Assembly (NCBI GenBank): GCA_002269645.1 | Contig: NIVC01001838.1 | Span: 62,001-126,000, forward strand | Length of the DNA stretch: 64,000 nt | Source: Macrostomum lignano | Lineage: Eukaryota | Reading direction: 5' to 3' | Part shown: positions 24,882 to 39,619 of the stretch, piece by piece | Numbering within the stretch: the first letter of the stretch is position 1 | Layout of the letters: each line of letters starts with the position of its first letter | Translations under genes and position numbers: made by a program | The notes under the pieces: generated by a model | What the model saw: only the letters and a program-made list of their open reading frames with translations | Told to the model about the DNA's origin: nothing | Databases searched by the model: none

Positions 24882-27800
24882 ATGCCCTTAACGCTAAAGA
24901 ACCTGTTTATCGGCATCGTCTCGGCGGGCCTGATAGCCGCCCTGGCCCTGCTCGGCCTGTCAATCTGGGTTGTCAGCGTCGCTCACGGCCCGCTGTTCGA
25001 GCTGATGCAGCTGCTAATGCAGGACCTGCACCCGGTAGGCGGCTTGAAACTGGCATGGGCTCCGCAAACTCTTCTTGTAGTAGGAGGAATCAACGTGGTT
25101 TTAAGCGTTTTCTCCATTGCTTGCGGGCTGCTCAGCTGGTACGAATGGAGGACCGACAAGGAGCGCGTGATTGTAAGCCATATCGCCTCACTCTTGTATA
25201 TTGCATGTAGCTTTAGCGTACACGCACATGCACAGGTATACATTGATGATCTTGGGTCATTGGGGTCATTGAATTGCATGCCACGATGTCTATGTCCGAA
25301 ACCATGCTAGCTTCTGCTGCTTATGCGAGGGGAGCCCAACTACAGTAATGGTTATAATTCATTTCTGCCCGGCACTTTAGTCTGTGGTAATAACGGGCCG
25401 TTCTTAAACTGTAGTTTTTTCGCATTAGCTTGAGAGAATCCTCAAGAAAAGAGCCTATAATATTTATACACGTAAACAATCTCCACTGGCGACATTACTG
25501 ACCTGGATAGTGCTGAATTTAAATTCATGTCCAAACAGTGCTCATGAGCCCGTAAAGGTCTTGACCCCAATTACCCCGATAACTTATGGAATCCGGAAGT
25601 TTCATATCGCGCGTAGAGACACGCGTTATTTGATGTTCATTGTCAATGAAATATTCAGGATTAAGCAACGTTCTGGTATTGACGTATATTTAATAAATGT
25701 ACTTTTGTTATGCTAGCTAATACGAGTAGCTCGTAACCATGGATGAAGGAAGTTGAACTTTTGTTTTCTACGCTGAACAATGCCATAGACTAAAACCGCG
25801 GGCACACATTGGATAAATAATCAGGGGTCCCATTGCGTGACAACCCATAGACAATTCGTTGTCACGTGCTGCGACCGCTGATTCTTTGCATTGTTTTTCT
25901 GTTTGACGATCCTACAGACAATGCATTGTTTGTATTAATGGATTGTTCTGCATTCAAAATGTGAATAATGATCGTCAAGTTGCACAAAACCGTGCAGGAA
26001 TGCATTTCTGCGCTTAATGTTTTTTCAGTGAGATTTTACCATAGACATCCATTCCTGCACGCAAAAGAGTGCAAGAATGCCACATTCCTGCATGGAAAAT
26101 CAGCCGACAATGACGATTCTGAGCGGACCGCAAAAATCATAAGGACAAGAAACCGTATACAGAAATCGAAACTCTGAGCAGCCACCTCGACCTTAGCATT
26201 CTAAAAATAGCATTAATGAAAAAAGCAGAACTTTCGGTTTCTTAATAAAGAAGCTTGAGATAAGCAAAATGGGAAGTAAAAGTACAATCAGAGATTGGGG
26301 AAATTTCGACCTTACGAAAGCGATCGTTGCTTCGAAACTCTCGAATGGCATGTTTTGCCAGTAATCCCTCTATTGACTTTCAGAGTCCCATACTGATGGC
26401 GCTGCCCAGCATCCTCGGCCTTATCAGTATTGGCTTCATGGACAAATTCGGCATCAGCCATGACGTGGGCGTCAACAGCGGATTGAGCATGAGAACCAAG
26501 CTGGTGATTCTGGACAGGAACTACTTTCAACCGCTGAGCCTGGCGCTGAAGCAGAACTCTACTACCGAGGCCAAAGTCACCATGATAATTAACCACATGC
26601 AAGTGCAGGTAATTTGGAGTTCTTATGTTAATTTTTTGTGGGTGGGTCTGCATTGAGGTTGGTAGAGCATCTTGAGAACCATACAGGGGAGGTCAATGAA
26701 GGTCAAGTCAGAAGTCCTGCAGGGATTAGAGGAACCATGCAGAATCATTACAGAAATCTCAGAAACCGTGCAAGCTGAAGTGGATTTAGAGTTTAATAAT
26801 AAAGCCAGTCGACAATGTAATTACCTCAGCCAAGCAATTGTTGAACAATTAACTCATATACTACAGTTCGAATGCTGCGGAACGAACGGCCCGTCAGACA
26901 TCACCGGCAACAACACCCTGTGGAGCAGGTCTTCGCCAACCTACAACGGCACCCGACAGGTGATACCAGTGAGCTGCTGCCCGATGCTGTCAAAGAGAGC
27001 CGGCCTGCTAAGAGACGGATATTGGAACTCCGTTGGGTCGTATTTGCTGGATCCTGGCTGCCCGAACACAGGCCGCAGCCCTCACAGTCAGGTAAGTGGA
27101 AACTGTGTCATCTGATGGACTATGCTTAGTACAGTTACATTTATAGGGAAATGATGCTCCTCATGAGTATCAATTTGTTTGAAGAGACGACAGCAAAGAC
27201 ATAAATGCAACTACTGCATGTATCTACGAGGTACGTCCTGAATCGGCAAATTCCAGGCAGCGGAGCCTTTCGACCCTAGGGTCCTTGGAAACTTCACTAT
27301 AGCAATACCGCTCAGCGTTTGTGTCTCTTCTCTCATTTCTCCTCTTCCTTAATTCCTCTCTTACTGTAGCCACCGAGGAGGGCAAGGGACATGTCCTCCC
27401 ACCCAGTAAAAGCTAAGGGGAGACATGCCAATGCTTTGTCCCCCCGCCCGTAATATTACGTCAGGGCGCCGAAATGAGTGCGTTAAAATGAGTGCTAACA
27501 ACACCTATTTCAAAAATGTAGGTGTTTAGTAATTTAGAATTCTTGACTTTGCCCTCCGCCATAAAATCCATGGCGACGCCCCTGCTTCTCCCTCTCCCTC
27601 TCCCATCTGGCCCGCAGCCAGGAGCTAGCTCATCTGGCCCTCGAGCTAATTACTCTCCGACCCCTCATCTACCTCATACACACAGACTCGTACTGAAGCT
27701 ATGGATATACTGTACCGGTATCAATCTGGCTTGAAAAATTCCTACAGTTAACAGCAGCTTTTAGCAATATTCCTGTCAAAACCGTTGAGACCCGTCGAGA

Positions 27801-30017
27801 TGCATCGGATGGTATCGAGCTACCTGTATATAGTTATAATAGTCCGCTTAAGCTTAGGAAATGCGCTCAGCTCAGCGCTCGAAATGGACCGAACTAACAA
27901 AACAGATAGCGAGCCCACCGCCTCCAGACTCGCAGTGCAGCATGAAGGGCGAGCGCTTGGGCAATAGCAAGCAAAGAGAGTACACCTGCTCGAGTTCAAA
28001 GTCTATGCTACCTCTATGCGTAGCCAACCCCTCTGCTCAAGACTGCTTGACAATAGATGCGCAGAGTAATGCTATTCTCCCGCTCACAACATTAATTGGC
28101 TCAGGCCATCCAGCGAATTAATATTGCTGTTACTGTAAGCGGATAGCGACATGGTGCGCCACTAAAATCAGTCAGGGAGCAGTAGTATCCAAGGATTCTT
28201 TGGACAGACGAAACCGGCTTTATTTGCTTTTGAATGTTGCGTAGAAATGAAAGCCATATATAGATCGATATTGTGTGCTCAAAAAGTGGGATGCCAACTC
28301 TCAAGCTGAGTCGCTTTTATAAGCTTCACATCATCGAAATGTCAGGCACTTTCACTAGAGCGAAACTTATCAAGCTTGAACTCAAGGACAATTTAAGTAG
28401 AAGGACGCAACACTCGAAATCTATGGCAAATGTTTTGAAGGCAACTTTTCGCCGAAAAATACACTACAGAGATAGGAGGTTTTAATTTTTTCAGCACAAA
28501 AACTGTTATTGCTTTTGATAGGAGGCAGATCCAGTGTTCATCTTTTGATATGTTGTGCCTTTCTTATTGCTCTATCGATATTCATAAAGCTTTTCGTTCA
28601 GAAATAGTTTTAAAGGCAGGTTTCACCGGAAAAATACACTACGGAGATAGGAAATTTCACGATTTTCAACACTAAAACAGTGATTGAGTCTCTTAACAGT
28701 GTCAGAGAAAGTTCTAATCACACTATTTTGTGCCTCACATGCTGCTCAACGACGCATTAATCGATTTTTCATGTTAAATTGGTCTGTCACTTGAAAAAAA
28801 CGTTTAAAATAATGAGAAGATTAAATTTAAAAAATTAAAACCTGATGCTGAAATGCTGAAAAAATGAAAACCTCCTATCTCTGTAGTGTATTTTTCGGCG
28901 AAAAGTTGCCTTCAAAACATTTACCATAGATTTCGAGTGTTGCGTTCTGTATATATGTTACTTGAGTATTCCTTGCTTGAACTGTTATTCCATCGAATTA
29001 GTGAACAATGTCGATTATGTGAAATTTCACGCTTGTGAAAATGTCAGAATTTTTTTCAACGATTTTTATATCCATGCAGAGCTAGTTGAGCACTTTTGAA
29101 TTTGTTAAGCAGTGATCAAATATGATATCAAGCACATTCAATGCACTAGTAATGATCTCAAAGAATACGCCTGCCACCACGCATTCCAAAAGCAGCTGAC
29201 ACGATGTGAACCGCGATATGGGACGCTGCAGTGCTTCAGGGAAACAATTGAATTATTGAATCGTTGTTAGATTTGGCTGTTGTCATTTGACTGCGTCCTT
29301 GTGCCGGAGTGTGTTAAAAAGCGCTTGACTAAGGGATTGCAATCTTAGGGATTACAAAGTTTTGACAAACTGATTAGATTTAGATAGAAAATTACCGTAG
29401 ATCCGAGCGTAGAAATGGGGGGTTGTAGCTTAGTGGTTAGAGCGTCGGACTCACGACTGGAAGGTCGGGGGTTCGATTCCCTATCCCACTGGGAACAATT
29501 TGTGTCCTTGAGTAAGATCAAAGTACTTAACTCTGCATTGTTTCAGTTCAGTTGGGGTATTGAGGGTGTGTGTGGCGACCCCCCCCCTCCCAGTCCTTGG
29601 ACTGAACAGCCGTACGCAGCCTTCAGATGCGCCGCGCAATAGCTGCGGCTGAGCTGTCGGTTGCACATCTGACCATTGAGGCAGGTGTAATCAATTATTA
29701 TTATTATTAGATCGAAAACGGAGTAGCTTAGTAAATATGTACGTAGTTGTCAGTGAAATCTTAAAAATTCGCCACAAAACAATTGCAGGGCTGTTACGAT
29801 TCTCTGAAGAGAACGTCTGCCGAATACTATTATTCAGTCCATACGTTCTCCATCTTCGTGACGAGTGTCAATGTGAGTATTTATAAATCGTGTTTGCCGA
29901 TCAAATGACATTCAAGTAAGCCACTAATACAGGTTAACCACAGAACTCTGCTCCTCTGCATTTCAGATCATATGCTTCATAATTTGGTTTGTGAATTCCT
30001 TTGCTAAACAAAGCTGA
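24882..30017 (+). CDS. Tetraspanin 3 (divergent); exons 24882-25172, 26384-26608, 26867-27091, 29789-29872, 29967-30017
   Basis: FECCG, PVSCC, DPGCP, GCY large-loop cysteines; same intron positions as TSP1/2; all GT-AG, phase 0; open 291-aa frame. Confidence 0.9.
28405..28945. mobile_element. MITE with ~90-bp terminal inverted repeats in TSP3 intron 3
   Basis: 28405-28496 is the near-perfect reverse complement of ~28854-28945 (ACGCAACACTCGAAATCTATGG…GATAGGAGGTTT). Confidence 0.85.
29417..29626 (+). mobile_element. tRNA-derived CORE-type SINE in TSP3 intron 3
   Basis: A box TAGCTTAGTGG (~29426), B box GGTTCGATTCC (29470-29480), then TGTGTCCTTGAGTAAG…ACTTAACTCTG; 3' part matches the copy at 21391. 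Confidence 0.82.
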
Positions 30018-30927
30018 GGCTTGACCTGCACGCCAAAATAAACTCATTCGATAACTCACTCCTTATAATTCCTTGGGAATTAAAAACAGATGATTTATAT
30101 CGTTTTTACATACAGTACGGCTTGACAATTTCATGCATATCCACTATTAATATATTACTGTCTCTATAACCCTTATACGGTGAGGTACGATTGCTCAAAA
30201 AATAATTTCATAAAATAAATTAAGTTGTACAAAAGATGGTTAACCTCCTAAGTTCGATTTTTATCACATTACGTGATTGGCTTTCATTTTTTCATTGCGG
30301 CGTGATTATCCTCGATCAGTTTACTCCTTTTTCCTGTCATTTTTCTAAGTTTTGAGTAAGTAATTTATCTACTGATATTCCCACAACTAAAGGCTACTAA
30401 TAGTAGTGTCAAGGCAAATCTGCGCTACCTGTAATAATAAACCCTGCTATTGTGCCCAACTCACCTGGGAATTGGAAAGAGTAGCTTGTATCATTCCCTA
30501 AACTGACCAAAGCTATGGATTCGCTATTTTGTTTGAGACTATTCATATTTTAACCACTTCCATAAACTATAAATGTCAAAAATTAATTGAGGAACTGCGC
30601 TCTGATCTTTGGAAGCTGATGGCCGCTGACTTTTCTTACTAAATAAAAAAATTCTAGCTTCTAAAATTCTAAAAGTTTCTAAGCTTTTAAAATATGTAAC
30701 TGAGACGCACGTATTTTTAGTTTTGATTTTTACCATAACTAACCCATGCGAAATTTGATTTAATATATTCAATAATTTAACCATCATAGCTTAATAAAAA
30801 GAATGAACCCAGCTTTTATAAAAAAATAAAGCCCCTTTTTACGAGGTCACAAATAGTTAAATCAACAAATTATTTAAGCCTTAATTTTTGTACCTGTAGG
30901 ATAAGACTATCGTGGTGCATTATGACG

Positions 30928-33900
30928 TCCAATATACTAAAAATGAGTTGTCTGTGGGTATGCGATAGATTTCAGAAAAAATGGCTCAACCGATTTTCTT
31001 CAAACTTGCACCATTCGATCAGAAATTTTTCTGGGACGGTACATGCATCTTGGCTAAGAAATTGCTATATATTAAAGGGATTAAATATTCGAAAAACATG
31101 CTTTTTTGCAAAGGTCAAGCAAAATTTTCGACTTGAAATGCATTGTAAGAATGCTAGAAAAATACCTGACTGACTGAATTTCAATTCTGATAAAGATTGC
31201 ACCACAACAAGTAGAAAACAGTGCCGAAGAAATGCACACACGACTTGATTTAAATTGCGTAACCAATATTGCTAACTTGAATTAAAACTGATACTGGCTG
31301 ACTGAGAAATTGATTATGTCATAACTTTTTACTCTAATTGACTTGCTGTAAGAATTGAATTATAAGGGCCACAATTGATGTACTCCAATTGAAAAGAGAT
31401 AGCCCAGATGCGAACAGACTGGAATGCTAATGTAGCGACCTGGGTTCGAATCTAAGTAGTGCAAAATAATTTTTTTATTAAAACACCTTGAAAACATGAA
31501 ACTGCTAAACATAAAAGAAGCACAATGTCAAACATATCAGTGGCACCATGTCGAACATTAAAGAGCCACCATGCCAAACATAAACGAGCCACCATGTCAA
31601 GCATTAAAAAGCCACCATGTCAAACATATTTGTGACTCCATGTAAAACATATATACGTGACTCCATGTCAAACATTAAAGAGCCACCATGTCGAATATAA
31701 AAGACCTACCATGTCAAACATAAAAGAGCCACCATGTCGAACATTAAAGAGCCACCATGTCAAACGTAAAAGAACCGACATGTCGAACATTAAGGAGCCA
31801 CCATGTCAAACGTAAAAGAACCACCATGTCGAACATTAAAGAGCCACCATGTCAAACATTAAAGAGCCACCATGTCAAAAATTAAAGAGCCACTTTGTCA
31901 TACTTAAAAGAGCCACCATGTCGAACATTAAAGAGCTACCATGTCAAACATAAAAAAGCCACCATGTCAAACTTTAAAGAGCCACCACGTCGAACGTGAA
32001 AAAGCCACCATGTCAAACATAAAAGAGCCACCATGTCTAACAATAAAGAACCACTTTGTCGAACATTAAAGAGCTACCATGTCAAACATAAAAGAGCCGA
32101 CATGTCGAAAATTAAAGAGCTACCATGTCAAACATTAAAGAGCCACCATGTCAAACATAAAAGAGCCGACATGTCGAAAATTAAAGAGCTACCATGTCAA
32201 ACATAAAAGAGCCAACATGTCGAAAATTAAAGAGCCACCATGTCAAACGTAAAAGAACCACCATGTCGAACACTTAAGAGCTACAATGTCAAACATTAAA
32301 GAGCCACCATGTCAAACATTAAAGAGCCACCATGTCGAACATAAAAGAGCCACCATGTAAAACATTAAAGAGCCACCATGTCTAACATTAAAGAGCCACC
32401 ATGTCGAACGTTAAAGAGCCACCATGTCAAACATTAACGAGTCACCATGTCAAGCGTATACGTGACTCCATGTCAAACATTAAAGAGCCATCATTTCAGA
32501 CATTAAAGTGTCACCATGTCGAACATTAAAAAGCCACCATGTCCAACATTAAAGAGCCACCATGTCTAACATATATGTGACTCCAAGTCGAACATTAAAG
32601 AGCCACCATGTCGAACGTTAAAGAGCCACCATATTGAACATAAAAGAGCCACCATGTAAAACATTAAAGAGCCACCATGTCAAACATTAACGAGTCACCA
32701 TGTCAAGCGTATACGAGACTCCATGTCAAACATTAAAGAGCCATCATTGCAGACAGTAAAGTGCCACCAGGTCAAACATTAAAGAGCCACCATGTCAAAC
32801 ATTAAAAAGCCATCATGTCGAACATTAAAGACCCACCATGTAAAACATAAAAGAGCCACCATGTCAAACATTAACGAGCCACCATGTCAAACATTAAAGA
32901 GCCACTTTGTCGAAAATTAAAGAGCTACCATGTCAAACATAAAAGAGCCAACATGTCGAAAATTAAAGAGCCACCATGTCAAACGTAAAAGAACCACCAT
33001 GTCGAACATTTAAGAGCTACAATGTCAAACATTAAAGAGCCACCATGTCAAACGTAAAAGAACCACCATGTCGAAAATTTAAGAGCTACAATGTCAAACA
33101 TTAAAGAGCCACCATGTCAAACATTAAAGAGCCACCATGTCAAACATAAAGGAGCCACTTTGTCGAACATTAAAGAACCACCATGTCAAACATTAAAGAG
33201 CCACCATGTCAAATAATAAAGAGCCACCATGTCAAACATTTAAGAGCCACCATGAAAAAAATTTAAAGAGCCACCATGTCTAACATTAAAGAGCCACCAT
33301 GTCCAACATTAAAGAGCCACCATGTCAAACATATATGTGACTCCATGTCAAACATTAAAGAGCCACCATGTCGAACATAAAAGAGCCACCATGTAAAACA
33401 TTAAAGAGCCACCATGTCGAACGTTAAAGAACCACCATGTCAAACATTAACGAGTCACCATGTCAAGCGTATACGTGACTCCATGTCAAACATTAAAGAG
33501 CCATCATTTCAGACATTAAAGTGTCACCATGTCGAACATTAAAAAGCCACCATGTCCAACATTAAAGAGCCACCATGTCTAACATATATGTGACTCCATT
33601 TCGAACATTAAAGAGCCACCATATCGAACGTTAAAGAGCCACCATGTCGAACATAAAAGAGCCACCATGTAAAACATTAAAGAGCCACCATGTCAAACAT
33701 TAACGAGTCACCATGTCAAGCGTATACGTGACTCCATGTCAAACATTAAAGAGCCATCATTGCAGACAGTAAAGTGCCACCAGGTCAAAAATATTTGTGA
33801 CTCCATGTCAAACATTAAAGAGCCATCATTGCAGACAGTAAAGTGCCACCAGGTCAAAAATATTTGTGACTCCATGTCAAACATTAAAGAGCCATCATGT

Positions 33901-34378
33901 CGAACATTAAAGACCCACCATGTAAAACATAAAAGAGCCACCATGTCAAACATTAAAGAGCCACCATGTCAAACATAAAAGAGCCACCATGCCAAACATA
34001 AAAGAGCCACCATGTCAAACATAAAAGAGACAATTACAAACGTAAAAAGAAGCGTCATGCCAATCATAAAGAAGCCACCATAAAGCTAAGAAAATTGTTG
34101 CACTAGATACTTATTGTCTGGTGGATGCTTGCTATTTAAGGATAGATACTTGCTATCAATTGGATGCTTGCTATGGGGGGGTTGCTTGCTATCTGGGGGT
34201 GCTTGCTATCTGGGGGGATGCTTGCATGCTGTCTTGGGATGTTTTCTTTTCGCATTGCTCTTCATTTGAGCAGTTTGTATATTGTCTTTGTGAAGGCTTT
34301 TTTTGGATGTGTTTTTGATCCGTGTAGAGAACAGAGATTCTATCCAGATGTCCCCCATCGGGGGGCGAAGATTGCTAG
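30928..34378 (+). mobile_element. Non-autonomous Helitron-like element 1
   Basis: 5' TCCAATATACTAAAAATG; GC hairpin TCCCCCATCGGGGGGC at 34351-34366; 3' CTAG at 34375-34378; first ~550 bp homologous to element 2. Confidence 0.7.
31530..34050. repeat. 23-bp minisatellite (TAAAGAGCCACCATGTCAAACAT)n inside Helitron-like element 1
   Basis: GAGCCACC recurs at 31841 and 31864. Confidence 0.95.
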
Positions 34379-34403
34379 TCCATATACTAAAAATGGTCTG
34401 TCG

Positions 34404-34434
<31 letters not shown>

Positions 34435-35079
34435 ATCGATTTTAGCAAAAACGCCTCAACCGATTTTCTTCGAACTTGCACTGTTCGATCAGAAATTTTT
34501 CCGTGACGGTACATGCATCGTGGCTAAGAAATTGCTTGATGCTAAAGGGATTAAATATTCGAAAAACATGCTTTTTTGCAAAGGTCAAGCAGCTCTTTCG
34601 ACTTGAAATGTATTGTAAGAATGCTAGAGAAAAAACTGACTGGTTGAATTCTGATTCTGAAATAGATTGCATCATCATAATAGGCTTTAATTTATGTACT
34701 GGCTGAATTTTGACACTGAATTGAATTACGTCACAGTATCGAAAACGCAGTGTGGAAGCATAGCACAATACTTGATTTATCTTGCGTAACCATATTGCTA
34801 ACTTTAATAGACTGGTACTGACTTGCCTAAGAAATAGATTATGTCATAACTGCCTCGTGTAACTTTTACTCAATTGACTTGGTGTGAGTGTTGAATTATA
34901 AGTGCTACAAATTCATTTATAATTTCAAAATCAGAGCTAGCCTAGATGTAAACACACTGGACTGCTAATGCAGCTACCTGGGTTCGAATCTTAGTAGTGT
35001 ATATAAAATAATATAAGAGCATAATTTTTTTATTAAAAGCTTTTATTAAAAAACTAATTAAAAAGACCTGGATTATGGA

Positions 35080-38000
35080 TTATAAGCCAAGGATTATTGC
35101 ACTTGATAAGCCAAGGATTATTGCACTTGATAAGCCAAGGATTATTGCACTCGATAAACCAAGGATTATTGCACTTGATAAACCAAGGATTATTGCACTT
35201 GATAAACCAAGGATTATTGCACTTGATAGACCAGAACTTACTGCACTTGATAGACCAAGGATTACTGCACTTGATAAACCAAAGATTTCTGCACTTGATA
35301 GATCAGAACTTACTGCACTTGATAAGCCAAGGATTACTGCACTTGATTAACCAAGACTTACTGCACTTGTTAGACCAAGGCTTACTGTACTTGATTAACC
35401 AAGGATTTCTGCACTTGATAAACGAAGGATTTCTGCACTTGATAAACGAAGGATTACTGCACTTGATAAGCCAAGGATTATTGCACTCGATAAGCCAAGG
35501 ATTACTGCACTCGATAAGCCAAGGATTACTGTGCTTGATAAACCAAGGATTATTGCACTTGATAAACCAAGGATTACTGCACTTGATAGACCAAGGATTA
35601 CTGCACTTGTAAAACCAAGACTTACTGCACTTGATAAGCCAAGGATTATTGCACTTGATAGACCAGAACTTACTGCACTTGATAAGCCAAGGATTACTGC
35701 ACTTGATAGACCAAGGATTACTGCACTTGATAGACCAGAACTTACTGCACTTGATAAACCAAGGATGACTGCACTTGATAGACCAGAACTTACTGCACTT
35801 GATAAACCAATGATTACTGCACTTGATAGACCAGAACTTACTGCACTTGATAAACCAAGGATTACTGCACTTGATAAACCAAGACTTACTGCACTTGATA
35901 AACCAAGGATTTCTGCACTTGATAGACCAGAACTTACTGCACTTGATAAGCCAAGGATTACTGCACTTGATTAACCAAGACTTACTGCACTTGATAAACC
36001 AAGACTTACTGCACTTGTTAGACCAAGGCTTACTGTACTTGATTAACCAAGGATTTCTGCACTTGATAAACGAAGGATTACTGCACTTGATAAGCCAAGG
36101 ATTACTTCGCTTGATAAGTCAAAGATTTCTGCACTTAATAAACCAAGGATTACTGCACTTGATAAGCAAAGGATTTCTGCACTTGATAAACCAATACTTG
36201 GCCCATCAAGTGCACTTGATAGACCAAGGATTACTGCACTTGATAGACCAGAACTTACTGCACTTGATAGACCAGAACTTACTGCACTTGATAGACCAGA
36301 ACTTACTGCACTTGATAGACCAGAACTTACTGCACTTGATAGACCAGAACTTACTGCACTTGATAGACCAAGGATTACTGCACTTAATAAACCAAGGATT
36401 ACTGCACTTGATAAGCCAAGGATTACTGCACTTGATAGACCAAGGATTACTGCACTTGATAAACCAAGACTTACTGCACTTAATAAACCAAGGATTACTG
36501 CACTTGAAAAACCAAAGATTACTGCGCTTGATAAACCAAGGATTATTGCACTTGATAAGCCAAGGATTATTGCACTTGATAAGCCAAGGATTATTGCACT
36601 CGATAAACCAAGGATTATTGCACTTGATAAACCAAAGATTTCTGCACTTGATAGATCAGAACTTACTGCACTTGATAAGCCAAGGATTACTGCACTTGAT
36701 TAACCAAGACTTACTGCACTTGTTAGACCAAGGCTTACTGTACTTGATTAACCAAGGATTTCTGCACTTGATAAACGAAGGATTACTGCACTTGATAAGC
36801 TAAGGATTACTTCGCTTGATAAGCCAAGGATTTCTGCACTTGATAAACCAACACTTGGCCTATCAAGTGCACTTGATAGACCAAGGATTACTGCACTTGA
36901 TAAACCAAGACTTACTGCACTTGATAAGCCAAGGATTATTGCACTTGATAGACCAGAACTTACTGCACTTGATAAGCCAAGGATTTCTACACTTGATAGA
37001 CCAGAACTTACTGCACTTGATAAGCCAAGGATTACTGCACTTGATTAACCAAGACTTACTGCACTTGATAAACCAAGACTTACTGAACTTGTTAGACCAA
37101 GGCTTACTGTACTTGATTAACCAAGGATTTCTGCACTTGATAAACGAAGGATTACTGCACTTGATAAGCCAAGGATTACTTCGCTTGATAAGTCAAAGAT
37201 TTCTGCACTTGATAAACCAAGACTTACTGCACTTTATAAACCAAGGATTTCTGCACTTGATAAACCAAGACTTGTCCCATCAAGTGCACTTGATAGACCA
37301 AGGATTACTGCACTTAATAAACCAAGGATTACTGCACTTGATAAGCCAAGGATTACTGCACTTGATAGACCAAGGATTACTGCACTTGATAAACCAAGAC
37401 TTACTGCACTTGATAAACCAAGGATGACTGCACTTGATAGACCAGAACTTACTGCACTTGATAAACCAATGATTACTGCACTTGATAAACCAAGGATTAC
37501 TGCACTTGATAAGCCAAGGATTTCTGCACTTGACAAACCAAGACTTACTGCACTTGATAAACCAATGATTACTTCAGTGGATAAACCAAGACTTATGGCA
37601 CTTTATAAACCAAGGATTTCTGCACTTGATAAACCAAGACTTACTGCACTTGATAAACCAAGGATTACTGCACTTGATAAACCAAGACTTACTGCACTTG
37701 ATAAGCCAAGGATTATTGCACTTGATAAACCAAGACTTACTGCACTTGATAAGCCAAGGATTACTGCACTTGATAAACGAAGGATTACTGCACTTGATAA
37801 GCCAAGGATAACTTCGCTTGATAATTCAAAGATTTCTGCACTTGATAAACCAAGACTTACTGCACTTGAAAAACCAAGGATTACTGCGCTTGATAAACCA
37901 AGGATTATTGCACTTGATAAGCCAAGGATTATTGCACTTGATAAGCCAAGGATTATTGCACTCGATAAACCAAGGATTATTGCACTTGATAAACCAAAGA

Positions 38001-39590
38001 TTTCTGCACTTGATAGATCAGAACTTACTGCACTTGATAAGCCAAGGATTACTGCACTTGATTAACCAAGACTTACTGCACTTGTTAGACCAAGGCTTAC
38101 TGTACTTGATTAACCAAGGATTTCTGCACTTGATAAACGAAGGATTACTGCACTTGATAAGCTAAGGATTACTTCGCTTGATAAGCCAAGGATTTCTGCA
38201 CTTGATAAACCAACACTTGGCCTATCAAGTGCACTTGATAGACCAAGGATTACTGCACTTGATAAACCAAGACTTACTGCACTTGATAAGCCAAGGATTA
38301 TTGCACTTGATAGACCAGAACTTACTGCACTTGATAAGCCAAGGATTACTGCACTTGATAGACCAATGATTACTGCACTTGATAGATCAGAACTTACTGC
38401 ACTTGATAAACCAATGATTACTGCACTTGATAAACCAAGGATTACTGCACTTGATAAGCCAAGGATTACTGCACTTGATAGACCAAGGATTACTGCACTT
38501 GATAAACCAAGACTTACTGCACTTGATAAACCAAGGATGACTGCACTTGATAGACCAGAACTTACTGCACTTGATAAACCAATGATTACTGCATTTGATA
38601 AACCAAGGATTACTGCACTTGATAAGCCAAGGATTACTGCACTTGATAAACCAAGACTTACTGCACTTGATAAACCAAGGATTTCTACACTTGATAGACC
38701 AGAACTTACTGCACTTGATAAGCCAAGGATTACTGCACTTGATTAACCAAGACTTACTGCACTTGATAAACCAAGACTTACTGAACTTGTTAGACCAAGG
38801 CTTACTGTACTTGATTAACCAAGGATTTCTGCACTTGATAAACGAAGGATTACTGCACTTGATAAGCCAAGGATTACTTCGCTTGATAAGTCAAAGATTT
38901 CTGCACTTAATAAACCAAGGATTACTGCACTTGATAAGCCAAGGATTTCTGCACTTGATAAACCAAGACTTGGCCCATCAAGTGCACTTGATAGACCAAG
39001 GATTACTGCACTTAATAAACCAAGGATTACTGCACTTGATAAGCCAAGGATTACTGCACTTGATAGACCAAGGATTACTGCACTTGATAAACCAAGACTT
39101 ACTGCACTTGATAAACCAAGGATTACTGCACTTGATAAGCCAAGGATTTCTGCACTTGACAAACCAAGACTTACTGCACTTGATAAACCAATGATTACTT
39201 CAGTGGATAAACCAAGACTTATGGCACTTTATAAACCAAGGATTTCTGCACTTGATAAACCAAGACTTACTGCACTTGATAAACCAAGGATTACTGCACT
39301 TGATAAACCAAGACTTACTGCACTTGATAAGCCAAGACTTACTGCACTTGATAAACCAAGACTTACTGCACTTGATAAGCCAAGGATTACTGCACTTGAT
39401 AAACGAAGGATTACTGCACTTGATAAGCCAAGGATTACTTCGCTTGATAAGTCAAAGATTTCTGCACTTGATAAACCAAGACTTACTGCACTTGATAAAC
39501 CAAGGATTACTGCAGTTTATATACCAAGGATTACTGCACTTGATAGACCAAGGATTACTGCGCGTGGCAAACAAAGGATTACGGCGCTTG
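35080..39590. repeat. 24-bp minisatellite (GATAAACCAAGGATTACTGCACTT)n inside Helitron-like element 2
   Basis: Visible period; gives the spurious LDKPRITA ORFs. Confidence 0.96.
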
Positions 39591-39619
39591 ATAAGCTTGG
39601 CTACATGTATGGGATTCTT

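Noticed and set aside
27363-27586. Degenerate CAGGGGCG-type MITE remnant
   Set aside because: Only one end is recognisable; boundaries cannot be supported
29417-29490. tRNA gene
   Set aside because: The tRNA-like part continues into SINE body sequence, has no matching acceptor-stem 3' end, and a second diverged copy exists
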